64,000 nucleotides of DNA from an uncultured delta proteobacterium (GCA_963745025.1 CAVUWD010000002.1:214736-278735); one strand, 5' to 3'. Positions 1 to 12,918 are shown, numbered from the stretch's first letter. A program made the numbers and translations. Notes: generated by a model from the letters alone, not told the origin.

Positions 1-904
1 GTAGCTGGTGGATCTTTCCCTCACGGATCAGATTGCGGACCGCCGGGACGCCGACGAGAATTTCGAGCGCCGCGACCCGGCCCCCTGTCTTACGCTTGCA
101 AAGCGTCTGTGTGATCACCGCCAGCAGTGATTCCGAGAGCATCGTCCGCACCTGGTTCTGCTGCTCGGAGGGGAAGGCATCGATGACACGGTCGACGGTC
201 TTCGGCGCGCTCGACGTGTGCAGCGTGGCGAATACCAGCTGTCCGGTCTCGGCGGCGGTCAGGGCCAAGGCGATGGTCTCGAGGTCGCGCATCTCACCGA
301 CCAGGATCACGTCCGGGTCCTCGCGCAGCGCCCCGCGGAGGGCATTGGCGAATGAATGTGTATGCATGCCGACCTCGCGCTGGTTGACCAGCGCCCTCTT
401 CGACGGGTGCACGAACTCGATCGGATCCTCGATCGTGATGATCGTCACCTCTTCGGTCGCGTTGATGTGGTCGACCATCGCCGCGAGCGTGGTCGACTTG
501 CCGCAACCGGTCGGGCCGGTGACGAGGACGAGCCCGCGCTCGCGCTTGCAGAGCTCCTTCAGCACAGGCGGCATGCCGAGCTCGTCGAGGGTCACGAGCT
601 GGCTGGGGATGACCCGGAAGACCGCCGCCTCGCCGCGCCGCGTGAGAAAGACGTTGACCCGGAAGCGCGCCACCTCGCCGAGCTCGAAAGAGAAGTCGAT
701 GTCGAGTTTTTCCTGGAATATCCTGCGCTGGGCGTCGTTCATCACGTCGAAGGCCATGGTGTGGACTTCGTCACGGGAGAGCGGCGGGTGCTCGATGCGC
801 TTGACGTCGCCGTGGATGCGCAGCATCGGCGGCTCGCCGCTCGAGAGGTGGCAGTCGGAGGCGCCCTCTTTGACTGCGAAGGTGAGCAGTTCGGTGATGT
901 CCAT
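1..904 (-). CDS. pilT: Type IV pilus retraction ATPase PilT (3' end runs off the window)
   Basis: Manual translation from ATG at 904: MDITELLTFAVKEGASDCHLSSG..., Walker A GPTGCGKST, EDPIE, ALREDPDVILVGEMRD, TLHT and AVRNLIRE motifs. Missing from the ORF track because it has no stop in the window. Confidence 0.95.
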   Translation of the reverse strand, partial: MDITELLTFAVKEGASDCHLSSGEPPMLRIHGDVKRIEHPPLSRDEVHTMAFDVMNDAQRRIFQEKLDIDFSFELGEVARFRVNVFLTRRGEAAVFRVIPSQLVTLDELGMPPVLKELCKRERGLVLVTGPTGCGKSTTLAAMVDHINATEEVTIITIEDPIEFVHPSKRALVNQREVGMHTHSFANALRGALREDPDVILVGEMRDLETIALALTAAETGQLVFATLHTSSAPKTVDRVIDAFPSEQQNQVRTMLSESLLAVITQTLCKRKTGGRVAALEILVGVPAVRNLIREGKIHQL

Positions 905-950
905 GGGCCGTCGTCCCGGCACTCAGCGTGCCTCGACCACCCTGCCGCTT

Positions 951-1607
951 TCAACGAAAACTTGCCACCAAAACCCTGTACCAGAGGTTGGCGACGGCGT
1001 GGTAGACGGCGGGAGCCAGCACCGAGTCACTGCGCTCACGGAGCCACCCCGCGAGCAAGGCGAAAAAAAATACTCGCAGTTGCGACCAGTCGCCGGTGAC
1101 GAGGTGACAAACGGCGAAGAGCATCGCCTGTAGGAGAAGGCCCGCGCCGACGGGCGCTCCGAAGACCCTCCAGGGTCTGCCCAAGACCCGGTTCCAACGT
1201 GTCTGAAGATAGCCACGGAAGAATACCTCCTCGGGGAAGCCGACGGTCAGGAACTCGCGAACGAGATCAACGAGCGGATGGCGCGGCGCTCGGGGCGCGA
1301 AGCTCTGATGAAGGAAGGCGTGTGCAACCGAGGCATGGAGAGCAGCGTAGAGCGCGAGCAGTGAAGTTCCGAGTGTGAGGTGGACGGCGAACGACGGCGG
1401 TCGAAAGCGCAGGTCGAGGCCGTGCTCCGAGAGCGGACGACCGAAGGGAACGAGGAGCCCGAGCGGGAGAAGTAGCCAGACGAGCGACGATGCGAAATGA
1501 AGAGAGAGCAGCAGGGCCGCGGAAGTGGCCAGCAGGGTTTCGACGGCAGTCCAGCGGAAGCTCGCCGGGCGCGTCTCGATTACCCGCCCGGTCGAGTCGT
1601 ACGCCAT
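951..1607 (-). CDS. CPBP (CAAX/Abi) glutamic intramembrane protease, myxosortase-like
   Basis: EEVFFRGYLQ, FAVCH and YHAVAN motifs; several hydrophobic segments. Confidence 0.85.
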   Translation of the reverse strand: MAYDSTGRVIETRPASFRWTAVETLLATSAALLLSLHFASSLVWLLLPLGLLVPFGRPLSEHGLDLRFRPPSFAVHLTLGTSLLALYAALHASVAHAFLHQSFAPRAPRHPLVDLVREFLTVGFPEEVFFRGYLQTRWNRVLGRPWRVFGAPVGAGLLLQAMLFAVCHLVTGDWSQLRVFFFALLAGWLRERSDSVLAPAVYHAVANLWYRVLVASFR

Positions 1608-1642
1608 CGTGACGCTGGAACGGCTGTGCTAAGCGTGTTCAT

Positions 1643-2443
1643 GTGCTGATCGAAGAAAGTCTTCGCGTGGTGACGGCTCCGAATCCCGGCTTCATGACGG
1701 TGGATGGGACCAATCAATACTTGTTCGGTGAAACGCGTCTGACGCTGATCGATGCGGCACTCGGGGTAGGCCCGAATCTGGATCGGCTGCGCGCCGAGCT
1801 CGACGCGGCCGGCGCCTCGATCGTCCAGATTCTGCTCACGCACATCCATCCGGATCATCTGGGCGGTGCGATGGAGCTTCGTGCCGAGTTCGGCGCACGG
1901 CTCGGCATGCACTCGAGCCGGCAGGGCTACGCGGGGGTCGAGCCCGACTGGACATATGACGACGGAGACGAGATCGGATTTGAAGGGGGGGTGCTTCGGG
2001 TCGTCCACACGCCCGGCCACGAGTCCGGCCATTGTTGCTTCTACGAGCCGTCCCACCGATGGCTCTTCACCGGCGACCACGTCGTCGGGCAGGGGACGGT
2101 CGTGATCGCGCCGCCCGACGGCGACATGAGCGCCTACGTCGCATCGCTCGAGCGCCTGCTCGCGCTGCCCGCGACGCTGCTCTTGGGAGGGCACGGGCCG
2201 GTCGTCCACGATCCGCGCGCGAAGATCCAGGAATACATCGCCCACCGCCGCATGCGCGAAGAACAAGTGCTCGAATGCGTGCGCGCCGGCAGGCACACCA
2301 TTGCGGAGATCGTCGCCGTCCTCTATCGCGACGTTCATCCCGCGCTGCACCTCGTCGCCGAAAAGTCGGTGCACGCCCATTTGTTGAAGCTCCTGCAGGA
2401 GGGCAGAGCGCGGAGGTCGGCGCAGGAGTATTTCGCGCCATAG
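1643..2443 (+). CDS. MBL-fold metallo-hydrolase (LACTB2-like, C-terminal winged helix)
   Basis: THIHPDH, HTPGH, FTGD, GHG motifs; APNPGFMTVDGTN N-terminus. Confidence 0.9.
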   Translation: MLIEESLRVVTAPNPGFMTVDGTNQYLFGETRLTLIDAALGVGPNLDRLRAELDAAGASIVQILLTHIHPDHLGGAMELRAEFGARLGMHSSRQGYAGVEPDWTYDDGDEIGFEGGVLRVVHTPGHESGHCCFYEPSHRWLFTGDHVVGQGTVVIAPPDGDMSAYVASLERLLALPATLLLGGHGPVVHDPRAKIQEYIAHRRMREEQVLECVRAGRHTIAEIVAVLYRDVHPALHLVAEKSVHAHLLKLLQEGRARRSAQEYFAP

Positions 2444-2447
2444 GCGG

Positions 2448-3869
2448 CTAGCAGCGGATCGGCTCGAGACACCCGCGGGCGATTCCGGCCGCCGCGAGGC
2501 GAAGCGCGCCGCCGTGCGAATCGATTCGCGCGAGATCGAGATCCAGGTGGATCTCTTCGGGAGCGAACGTGGTCTTCGCCCACACCTCCTCGACGCGCTT
2601 GCTCACGTCTTTGGCGGGGACGCCAAGCGCGAGAAGGATCTTGTCGCCGCGTCTCTCGAGCCAGTACGGAGCCGTGCCCTCGGCCGTCAGACGATCCCGA
2701 TCCGCCTTGCGCGGCGAGTCGGGAAACGTTCGCGCCAAGATCTCGCTCTCCGCTAAAAAGAATTCCTTTGCGGCCGCTTCGCCATCCCAGATGGAGATCC
2801 AATAGAGGTGCAGCTCTCCGTCGTGCCCGAAGGCGGCGAAGCGATCGCCGTCCCATCCTTGCGCCACGTGATTGGCGCGGCCCGAATCGAAAAAACTCTC
2901 GACGAGGATGCGGATGGTGAGCGCGCCGAGCGTGTTCTCCTCCACGGTCGTCCATTTCTTGGCCGAAGCATAGTCGTCGAGGCCGCCGAGCCGCACCGTC
3001 GTCGGACTGTCGGGATGGACGAAGAACTTCTCCGGCCAGAGAATCTGCTTCGTCGACTTCGGCGGGTAGGCGAGCAACGCGTCGACTGCCTTCCAGCCCC
3101 CGCGAAGATACGCGAGAGCGACGAACTTCGTGCCCGCCGAGTACTGAAACACAAGCGAGTCACGCAGCACGAGCGGCGTGTCGGGAAGCGCCGCCGCGAC
3201 TTCCGCGGGGATTGCCTCGAGCCGGTCCACCAGATCGAGCAACGAAGCCTCGGGGAGCTCGCCGAACACGTAGGCGAAGCCGGCCAGCGTGGCGTCGCCC
3301 TCGATCACCGCGTGCAGCGCGAGCGAACGGTCGTCGTTGGATGGATCGTCGGCTGCGGAAAGCGCGCCGAAGTGCTGGTCCTGCAGGGCGTGCGTGAGCT
3401 CGTGGGCGAGCAGCATCTCGTTGACGAGATCCCGCTGCAACAGGAACTGCAGCGTATTCATCATCCACCCCACGGGAGGCACTCCCGAGGGGACCAAGAA
3501 GAGCGTGCCCACCTCGGGGTCGTAGAAGCCGGCGATCTGCGTGTTGTAGAGCTTGAGCAGCGCTTCGCCGAGATCGAGGGTCGCAGGCCAGAGGCCGAGC
3601 CGCTCGTATACCTGCTGAAGACCGCGGATCTGCTCGGCGGAGTACTGCCGGTCGAGCGCTCTGCGGAGGTAGGTCTGCAGCTCTTCGGGAGTCTTCACCT
3701 CCATCGGCACGGGCGACAGGAACTTGAGGCCGCGTTGCTGCTCGAGCCCGCGTTCGATCTTCGCGGCCGCTGGTTGGTTGATCTCTCCCTTGCGAACGAT
3801 CGAATAACTGCACGCCGGCAACAGAAGCAGCGGCAGCAGCAGCCACCGCCGCCGCAGGGAATCGATCAT
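2448..3869 (-). CDS. Putative lipoprotein zinc metallopeptidase
   Basis: Lipobox LLPAC; HELTH motif followed by EGDAT; GFYDP and GWDGD motifs. Confidence 0.7.
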   Translation of the reverse strand: MIDSLRRRWLLLPLLLLPACSYSIVRKGEINQPAAAKIERGLEQQRGLKFLSPVPMEVKTPEELQTYLRRALDRQYSAEQIRGLQQVYERLGLWPATLDLGEALLKLYNTQIAGFYDPEVGTLFLVPSGVPPVGWMMNTLQFLLQRDLVNEMLLAHELTHALQDQHFGALSAADDPSNDDRSLALHAVIEGDATLAGFAYVFGELPEASLLDLVDRLEAIPAEVAAALPDTPLVLRDSLVFQYSAGTKFVALAYLRGGWKAVDALLAYPPKSTKQILWPEKFFVHPDSPTTVRLGGLDDYASAKKWTTVEENTLGALTIRILVESFFDSGRANHVAQGWDGDRFAAFGHDGELHLYWISIWDGEAAAKEFFLAESEILARTFPDSPRKADRDRLTAEGTAPYWLERRGDKILLALGVPAKDVSKRVEEVWAKTTFAPEEIHLDLDLARIDSHGGALRLAAAGIARGCLEPIRC

Positions 3870-4546
3870 CGGCGAACTTCTTCGACGACCATGGCGCGGA
3901 AGCCGCGGCCAGCGAGTGCCCGGGCGCGCACGACGGCATCGTCGCGGCGCTCGAAGGGTCCGACCCGCACTCTGTAGTAGCGCGCATCGGAGGTCTCGAG
4001 CTGGCTCAGGTATACGTCGGCGAATCGGCGGGCGAGATCGGCGCGCAGTGCCGTTGCCTTGGCACTGTTCTGGAACGCGCCGGCTTGAACGGCGTAGGCG
4101 ACGACGCCCGGAGGGCCACTGCCGTCATCGATCGATTCCACGCGCACCTCGGCGGTGCCGGGACCGATGAGATCGAGCTCGCGCGCCGCGGCGCGCGACA
4201 AGTCGATGACGCGGCTCTTGGCAAACGGGCCGCGATCGTTCACGCGAACCTCCACGGAACGGCCGTTCTCCAGATTCGTGACCATGACGTGGGTGCCGAG
4301 CGGTAGGGTGGGGTGCGCCGCCGTCATGTCGCCGAGGTTGTACACCTCGCCGCTCGAAGTGCGGTTTCCCGTGAATCCCGGCCCATACCAAGAAGCCGTG
4401 CCGGTCTCCACGTAGTGTCCACCCGGCCGCGATGGAGGGTGCCAGCCGGACAGTGGTGGTAGCGAGCAGCCCGCCACCAACGATAGAGCGCCCGAGAAGA
4501 GGATCGCCGAACTCCGCCCCGCGCGATCAAACTCTCTCGGCTGCAT
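3866..4546 (-). CDS. rlpA: Septal ring lytic transglycosylase RlpA (DPBB + SPOR)
   Basis: [26 protein letters not shown]; C-terminal SPOR (VQAGAF...YRVRVGPF); lipobox VAGC. Confidence 0.92.
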   Translation of the reverse strand: MQPREFDRAGRSSAILFSGALSLVAGCSLPPLSGWHPPSRPGGHYVETGTASWYGPGFTGNRTSSGEVYNLGDMTAAHPTLPLGTHVMVTNLENGRSVEVRVNDRGPFAKSRVIDLSRAAARELDLIGPGTAEVRVESIDDGSGPPGVVAYAVQAGAFQNSAKATALRADLARRFADVYLSQLETSDARYYRVRVGPFERRDDAVVRARALAGRGFRAMVVEEVRR

Positions 4547-4707
4547 GGTCACGGCGGGGTTACCAGAGAAGGGCCCGGAGGTCCAGGAGCCGCGGCGCCG
4601 AGCGGGTTCGCGACCGCTTCTTGACAGGATGCGTCACGAGCCGCTATCTGACCGCGCTGCCCGCTTCGTATTCGCGCTGCCGTGAACAGCCAAGGAGTCC
4701 GCTCTTC

Positions 4708-6043
4708 ATGACCTCCACGACGAGACAGGTCCGTACAGTCGCCGTGCTCGGCGCCAATGGTGCGATGGGATCGGGAGGCGGCGAACTTTTCGCCGCCGAC
4801 GGCATCGAAACCGTCTTTCTCGCCCGCGATCACGAGAAGGCGCGAGAGGGGCTCGAGCGCGCGCAGACGATGGCGAAGTCGGAAAAGCTCGCTGACTTCG
4901 TCCGTCTTGGAACGTACGAGCACGATCTTCCCAAGGCGGTCGCCGAGGCCGATTTGATCTTCGAAGCGCTCGCCGAGGACCTGGAGTTGAAGCAAGACGT
5001 TCTTCGCGTGGTCGATCGTCATCGGCGGCCCGACTCGATCGTCGCCACGGTCTCGTCGGGACTGTCGATCGCGGCGATGTGCGAAGGGACGGAGCGAGGG
5101 CTTTCAGCGGAACTTTCTCGGCATCCACTTCTTCAACCCGCCGAACGTGATCGTCGGCAGCGAGCTGATCCCGCACGCCGGGACCGACCCGGCGGTCGTC
5201 GACTTCGTCATCGGACTACTCGAGAGACGGCTCGGCCGCGAGGTCGTCGTGACCGCCGACCTCCCGGCCTTCGCCGGCAACCGCGTCGGCTTCAAGGTGC
5301 TGAACGAGGTCGCGCAGCTCGCCGCAGGAGCACGGCGTTGCGTTCATGGACTACCTCGATCGGCCCGTACACCGGCCGCGCCATGCCGCCGCTCGCCACC
5401 GTCGACCTCGTCGGCTGGGACGTCCACCGCGCGATCGTCGACAACCTCTACGCGAACACGCAGCGACGAGGCCCACGCCGCTTTCGAGCTGCCCGCGTAC
5501 ATGGCGAAGCTCATCGGCGCGGGCCACCTCGGCAACAAGACGCCGAAGCAAGGCGGCTTCTACCGCCGCGTCAGCGACGGCAAGACGACCGAGACCTCGT
5601 GCTCGATCCGAAGAGCGGCGACTACCGAGCGCCGCACGACCCGATCGTCGATGCCGCCCGCCTTCGTCGACGGAGATGAAGCGTCTGCAACCACGTCGGC
5701 CGCTACCGCGAGGCGATCGAGCGTGATGCTCGACGCCGACGGCGCCGAGGCCGATCTCGCGCGCAAGGTCATTCTCGGTTACGTCAGCTACGGCCTCGAA
5801 TCGCGTCGGCGAGGTCGTGAAGCGAAGCACGCGACGTCGATCGCATCATGGGCTTCGGCTTCAACTGGGCGCCGCCACGCGTGCTCGTCGACGCTGGTCG
5901 GCGCGCGACAGCGACGATTCGGCCTGCTCGAGCGAGGCGAAGCTCGCCGGTGCCGCGAGCGTGCTCGCGCGCCGATCGACTCGGCGCCCGCCTCTTCAGA
6001 CGAGCCGCGCACGTCGACATCGGGCGCTTCTTCGTCGGGCTGA
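4708..6043 (+). CDS. 3-hydroxyacyl-CoA dehydrogenase family protein (several frameshifts, probably sequence errors)
   Basis: VAVLGANGAMG Rossmann motif, EALAEDLELK, GIHFFNPP, PAFAGNRVG and LGNKTPKQGGFY spread over alternating frames. Confidence 0.8.
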
Positions 6044-6061
6044 CGACAGGAGAGGATGACG

Positions 6062-7308
6062 ATGGCGAATTCGCAGGTCTACGTCCTCGGCGGCTACCAG
6101 ACCGACTTCGCCCGCAACTGGACGAAGGAGAACAAGCACATCTCGCGCGCTGATGCGCGAGGCGCGTGCTCGGCGGCCTCGAGGCGACCGGCATCGCGCC
6201 GAAGGAGATCGAGGTCGGCCACGTCGGCAACTTCGCCGCCGAGCTCTACTGCATGCAGGGCCACCTCGGCGCGTTCCTCGTCGAGGTCGACCCGGCGCTT
6301 CTCGGCCTGCCGACCGCGCGCCACGAGGCGGCGTGCGCGTCGGGCTCGATCGCGCTGCTCGCCGCGTCGGCCGAGATCGAGGCCGGTCGCTACGACCTGC
6401 GCGCTCGTCGTCGGCATCGAGCAGATGAAGACCGTCGACCCCAAGCGCGGCGGCGACTATCCTCGGCACCGCCGCCTGGTACGAGCACGAGGCGAAGGGC
6501 GTCGAGTTCCCGTTCCCGAAGCTGTTCGGCAAGCTCGGCGACGAGTACGACAAGCGCTACGGCCTGAAGGACGAGCACCTCGCCGACATCTCCGCGATCA
6601 ACTACGCGCAACGCGAAGCGGAACCCGAACGCGCAGACGCGCACCTGGTACATGAACGAGGACCACGCGCTGCGCGACCGACAAGTTCAACACCGCGATC
6701 GGCGGGCGCATCAAGATCTCGCGACTGCTCGCAGGTCACCGACGGCGCCGTCGCGCTCTTCCTCGCCTCGGCGACGTTCGCGGCGCAGTACGCCAAGCGG
6801 CGCGGCATCAAGCTCTCGACGATTCCGCGCATCCACGGCTGGGGCCACCACACCGCGCCGCTCGAGTTCGCGGACAAGGTCGCCGAGAGCCGCAACGATC
6901 GCATACGTGCTGCCGCACACGCGCCAGGCGATCCTCGACGCGCTGCGGCGCGCGGGCATCGACGGACGTGCTGGGACGTGCGACGGCGATCGAGACGCAC
7001 GACTGCTTCACGACCTCCGAGTACATGGCGATCGATCACTTCGGCCTCACCGCGCCCGGCGAGTCCTGGAAGGCGGTCGAGGAGGGCGTGATCGAGATCG
7101 GCGGCAAGCTGCCGATCAATCCGAGCGGCGGCCTGATCGGCGCCGGCCACCCGGTCGGCGCCACCGGCGCGCGCCAGCTGCTCGACGCCTGCGAAGCAGG
7201 TCACCGGCACGCGCCGGCGACTACCAGGTCGAGGACGCCGAGCGGTTCGCGACGCTGAACATCGGCGGCAGCGGCACGACCAGCTGCGTCTTCATCGTCG
7301 GGAACTGA
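6062..7308 (+). CDS. Thiolase / acetyl-CoA acetyltransferase, SCP2-type (frameshifted)
   Basis: [35 protein letters not shown] and NIGGSG motifs in alternating frames. Confidence 0.85.
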
Positions 7309-7346
7309 CGGAGATCCTCCTTCGGGACGCAGGCAGGGGAAGCGGA

Positions 7347-8714
7347 GTGGATCAGTCCTCTGCGAAGGTGCCCCCGCACAGCCTCGAGGCCGAGGCGGCG
7401 GTGCTCGGCGGCATCCTTCTCGACAACACGGCGCTTGACCGCGTCGCCGAGCACGTTTCAGCGGAGGACTTCTACCGCGAAGCGCACCGCAAGATTTTCC
7501 GAGCGGCGTCCGAGCTCTCGCAACGCTCCGAGCCGATCGATCTGCTGACGCTCACCGAGGCGCTCAAGACGCGCGGCGAGCTGGCCGAGGTCGGAGGCGC
7601 CGCATACGTCAGCGAGCTGGCCGATCGCGCCCTCTCGGCCGCCAACATTCAGTACCACGCGCGGATCATCCGCGAGAAGGCGATTCTGCGCGGGCTGATC
7701 GCCACGGCCTCCGAAATCGTCTCCCGCGGCTACGAGGCGCGCGAGGAAGTCGCCCGCTTCGTCGACGAGGCGGAGCAGGCGATCTACCAGATCGCCGAGA
7801 AGAAGACGCGCGGCGCGTTCACGCGCGTAGGCGACATGATCACCGAGACCTTCCGCCACATCGAGCAGCTGTACGAGCGGAAGGAGATGGTGACCGGCGT
7901 GGCCACTGGATTCACCGATCTCGATCGCATGACCGCCGGCCTCCAGCCCTCCGACTTGATCATCGTCGCCGGTCGCCCGAGCATGGGCAAGACGAGCTTC
8001 TGTCTGAACATCGCCGAGCACGTGGCGATCGAAAACGGGACCGGCGTCGCGGTGTTCTCGCTCGAGATGTCGAAGGAGCAGCTCGTGTTGCGCATGCTCT
8101 GCTCGCAGGCGCGCGTCGACCTCTCCAAGGTACGCACCGGGTTCCTGGCGCAGAAGGATTTTCCGCGCCTGGCGGAGGCGGCGGGGCGGATCCACGACGC
8201 GCCGATCTACGTCGACGACACGCCGGCGCTGTCGGCCCTGGAGCTGCGGGCCAAAGCGCGTCGGTTGAAGCGAGACAAGGACGCGAAGCTCGGGCTCATC
8301 ATCGTCGATTATCTGCAGCTCATGCGGGGGTCCGGCGCGCGCGACGACAGCCGGGAGCAAGAGATCTCGCAGATCTCAGGGTCGCTGAAGGCGCTGGCCA
8401 AGGAGCTTCGCCTCCCCGTCATCGCCCTGTCGCAGCTGAACCGCCAGGTCGAGGGGCGCAATCCGCCGAAGCCGCGCATGGCGGACCTACGCGAATCGGG
8501 CGCCATCGAACAGGACGCCGACGTGATCGCGTTCATCTACCGTGACGAGCTCTACAATCCGCAAAGCCGCGACCAAGGTGTGGCCGAGATCATCATCGCC
8601 AAGCAGCGGAATGGTCCCGTAGGCGACGTTCGTCTTGCCTTCCGCAGCGAGTACACCCGCTTCGAGAACTTCGAGGAAGCGCTTCCCGACTTGTCCGCCG
8701 ACGGCCAGGCCTGA
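7347..8714 (+). CDS. dnaB: Replicative DNA helicase DnaB
   Basis: PPHSLEAE, GRPSMGKT, DYLQL, LSQLNR, DLRESGAIEQDAD, KQRNGP. Confidence 0.98.
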   Translation: MDQSSAKVPPHSLEAEAAVLGGILLDNTALDRVAEHVSAEDFYREAHRKIFRAASELSQRSEPIDLLTLTEALKTRGELAEVGGAAYVSELADRALSAANIQYHARIIREKAILRGLIATASEIVSRGYEAREEVARFVDEAEQAIYQIAEKKTRGAFTRVGDMITETFRHIEQLYERKEMVTGVATGFTDLDRMTAGLQPSDLIIVAGRPSMGKTSFCLNIAEHVAIENGTGVAVFSLEMSKEQLVLRMLCSQARVDLSKVRTGFLAQKDFPRLAEAAGRIHDAPIYVDDTPALSALELRAKARRLKRDKDAKLGLIIVDYLQLMRGSGARDDSREQEISQISGSLKALAKELRLPVIALSQLNRQVEGRNPPKPRMADLRESGAIEQDADVIAFIYRDELYNPQSRDQGVAEIIIAKQRNGPVGDVRLAFRSEYTRFENFEEALPDLSADGQA

Positions 8715-8719
8715 GGCCT

Positions 8720-8965
8720 CGGAGAGTGGCCGTGGCGGCCCCGCGGACTCCAGGACACGCGACGCGAGAGTCGATCGAGAGAGCCACCCCAGCCGCCTGG
8801 ATGGAGCTCCCGCACGGCCGCAGTCGGAAATCGCTCGTGCGTCAGCGACACTTCCGTCCCCGGGTCACGGCTGCGAGACTCCAACGTGCCCCGCGTCTCG
8901 CCGACGTCCTCGCCGTGCTCCCATCGCCAGGTGGAAACCGGACGCTCCGGAGGCCGGACCTCGGG
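8720..8965 (-). pseudogene. Relic of an SRPBCC/AHSA1-domain gene (C-terminal half)
   Basis: Minus-strand translation EVRPPERPVSTWRWEHGEDVGETRGTLE...GTEVSLTHERFPTAAVRELHPGGWGGSLDRL matches the AHSA1-like C-terminus; no N-terminus. Confidence 0.65.
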
Positions 8966-8966
8966 A

Positions 8967-9614
8967 TCAGCCCTGAAACATCGCGCGTTCTTCGGAGATG
9001 AGCGGGCGGAACGAAGGACGCTCGTGGACGGCTGCCAGATAGGCCGCGAGCTTCGGCCAGCGCTTGGTGTCGACGCCGAAACCGCAGTGGAACAGGTTCA
9101 CGAACTGCGACGCCACGCCGATGTCGCCCACCGTGAACTGCTTACCGACGAGCGTGCTCGCTCCCGGCGCGAGCTGACTCTCGAGATAGTCGAACATCGG
9201 TGGGAGCTCCTCCTCGACCGCCTTCTTGACCACGGCCTCGTCGGTCTTCTGATTGAAGAAGCGCGGCCCGACGACTTTCTGGAAGAAGATCTTCGGACCG
9301 ATGATCGTGACGAGGCCCCCGTCGGCATACTCCTCGAACCATAGCGCCCGGGCATACTCGTATGGATCCGAGGGGTAGAGGGGTGGATTCGGGTGAATGC
9401 GCTCCAGGTATGCGATGATGACGGAGGAGTCGGCGAGGGTGGTGTCGCCGTCGCGGAATGCCGGTACCTTTCCGAGCGGGCTGATCTTGCGGAACTCCGG
9501 CGAGACGTTGACGGGGATCACCGGATCGAGGTCGTAGGGGATTCCCTTTTCCGCAAACGCGACTCGAACCTTGCGCACGAAGGGCGAGAGCGAAATTCCA
9601 TAGACGGTCGGCAT
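8967..9614 (-). CDS. Glutathione S-transferase family protein
   Basis: SPFVRKV, SPLGKVP, DSSVI, FTVGDI. Confidence 0.93.
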   Translation of the reverse strand: MPTVYGISLSPFVRKVRVAFAEKGIPYDLDPVIPVNVSPEFRKISPLGKVPAFRDGDTTLADSSVIIAYLERIHPNPPLYPSDPYEYARALWFEEYADGGLVTIIGPKIFFQKVVGPRFFNQKTDEAVVKKAVEEELPPMFDYLESQLAPGASTLVGKQFTVGDIGVASQFVNLFHCGFGVDTKRWPKLAAYLAAVHERPSFRPLISEERAMFQG

Positions 9615-9701
9615 ATCGATCTCCTTTTCGCGAAGTCGGTGGCTCGGCGAGCCGTGGCAATGGTTAACCCATGGGTTAAGTACGTGGCGGGGCAGCTCGA
9701 G

Positions 9702-10327
9702 TCAAGGGAAGTCGAGGAGCCTTCGCAAGGTCGTCACACTCGCGGTCACGTCCGCGACGTCGCGGAGCGCCGAGATCATTGCCACGGCATCCGCGCCGGC
9801 GTCGAGGGCGCTCCGCGCATTCGTTCGATCGATGCCGCCGATCGCTACGATCGGCACGGCAACGGCGCTACGGACCTCGCGCAAGCCGTCGATGCCGCGC
9901 GCACGATAACCGGTTGCCTTGGTCGCGGTCGGGAACAGAGGACCGAAGCCGATGTAGTCGGCGCCTGCCGCTTCGGCCGCACGCGCCTGCGCGAGGTCGT
10001 GGGTCGAAACGCCGATCCAGCGCTCGTCGCCGAGCAGGCGACGCGCGGCCGCGAGCGGAAGATCCTCCTGACCGACATGGACACCGTCGGCCGCGCAGGC
10101 GAGCGCGACGTCGACTCGGTCGTTGACGAAGAAGAGGGCTCCGTGCGCGGCGGCGAGCCGGCGGCACGTCATGGCGGCCGCGAGCAGCGGGCCCGTCGGC
10201 GCGCGCTTCCAGCGAAGCTGCACGATGGCGGTCCCGCCGGCGAGAAGCTCCTGGGTCAGCTCGACGGGATCACGGTCTCCCTCGCCGGGATCGGCGATCG
10301 CGTAGAGTCGCGACGGTAAGCGCAGCC

Positions 10328-10331
<4 letters not shown>
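9702..10331 (-). CDS. thiE: Thiamine-phosphate synthase
   Basis: VQLRWK, VNDRVD, GVHVGQED, STH, FPTATK, AIGGI; ATG at 10331 overlaps the stop of the upstream gene. Confidence 0.95.
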
Positions 10332-11757
<1,426 letters not shown>

Positions 11758-11761
<4 letters not shown>

Positions 11762-12918
11762 GTGCGGCTCGTGTCCCGGGTGGCCTCGTCCCACGCGGGC
11801 AGGAAGATGCGGAAGAGCGTTCGGCCGGGCTCGCTTTCGAACCGAATCGTGCCGCCGTGATCACTGACGATTCGCTGGCAGATCGCCAAACCGAGGCCGG
11901 TTCCCTTCGCCTTCGTGGTGACGAAGGGCGAAAACAGGTTCGGCTGGACCTCGGGCGGAACTCCGGGGCCGCTATCTTCCACGTCCACGCGGAGCAGACG
12001 CACCCGCCCTTGCTCGCGTAAGGGTTGCGGCGCGAAATGATAGTCGGTCTCCATGCGGGTGGTGAGGCGGATGTCGCGCGGTCTTCCGGCCGGCGATTCC
12101 GCGACGGCCTGCAGCGCATTCTGAACCAGGTTCAGGACGAGCTGCGTCAGCGCATCGGGGTCGCCGCGGACCTCGGGAAGACTCGGATCGAAGAAGCGAA
12201 GGATGCGTGTCTCGGCCCGCCGCGCGGCGTCCTCGACGAGCGCGATCACGTGATCGATCACGCGGTGGATGTTCACGGGCTGCGGCGTGAATGCCCCACG
12301 CGGGCGGAGCTCGAGAAGCTGTCCGAGCAGCTTCGAGAGCCGGTCCACCTCCCGCAGTACCAGGTCGATGTACTCCTTGGCCGTCGGGTGCGGGCCGATC
12401 TCCCCGGCTAGGAGCTGAACGGCGCCGCGGATACCGCCGAGCGGGTTGCGAATCTCGTGTGCGAGTCCCGCGACCAGGACGCCGAGCTGCGCCAGGCTTT
12501 GCGCCCTCCGGACATCGGTCTCGAGGTTCCGTTGCAGCGTGAGGTCCCGGAGGATGAGTGCCGCGCCGGAACGATGCGCTTCGGTGTCGAAGATCGCCGA
12601 GGCGGTGGCGCGAACCGGGATCGGCTTCTGCCACAGGCCGAGGATCGCGCCTTCGGCCGAGACGCTGCCCGGCTTACCCCGAGCTACGGCTTCGACGAGC
12701 GCGCTCACCCAGCGGGCGTCTTTGAAGACCTCCGAGTGATGGCGCCCGCGCGTCGCGCCGAGCGAGCAAGCGGTCAGCTGCTCGGCCGCCTGGTTCATCG
12801 ACAGGATGCGGCCGGCGTCGTCGATGCCGATCACCCCTTCCTCGAGGCTCTCGATGATCTGGCTCCAGCGGTCGTCCGGGGGATCGGCGTCGGCAGGTGC
12901 GCCCTTTTCCTTCGCCAT
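11758..12918 (-). CDS. PAS sensor histidine kinase (NtrB-like)
   Basis: PAS region, AHEIRNPLGGIRGA H-box, NLVQNA, DSGPG, PFVTTK..GTGLGL. Confidence 0.92.

Noticed and set aside
33-1133. Long antisense and shadow ORFs (e.g. 33-1133, 10481-11860, 42895-44607, 45018-46358, 56338-58191)
   Set aside because: They overlap well-supported genes and are Arg/Ala/Pro-rich, as expected from stop-codon scarcity at high GC.
7347-8714. Intein in dnaB
   Set aside because: Normal length (455 aa) with contiguous motifs.
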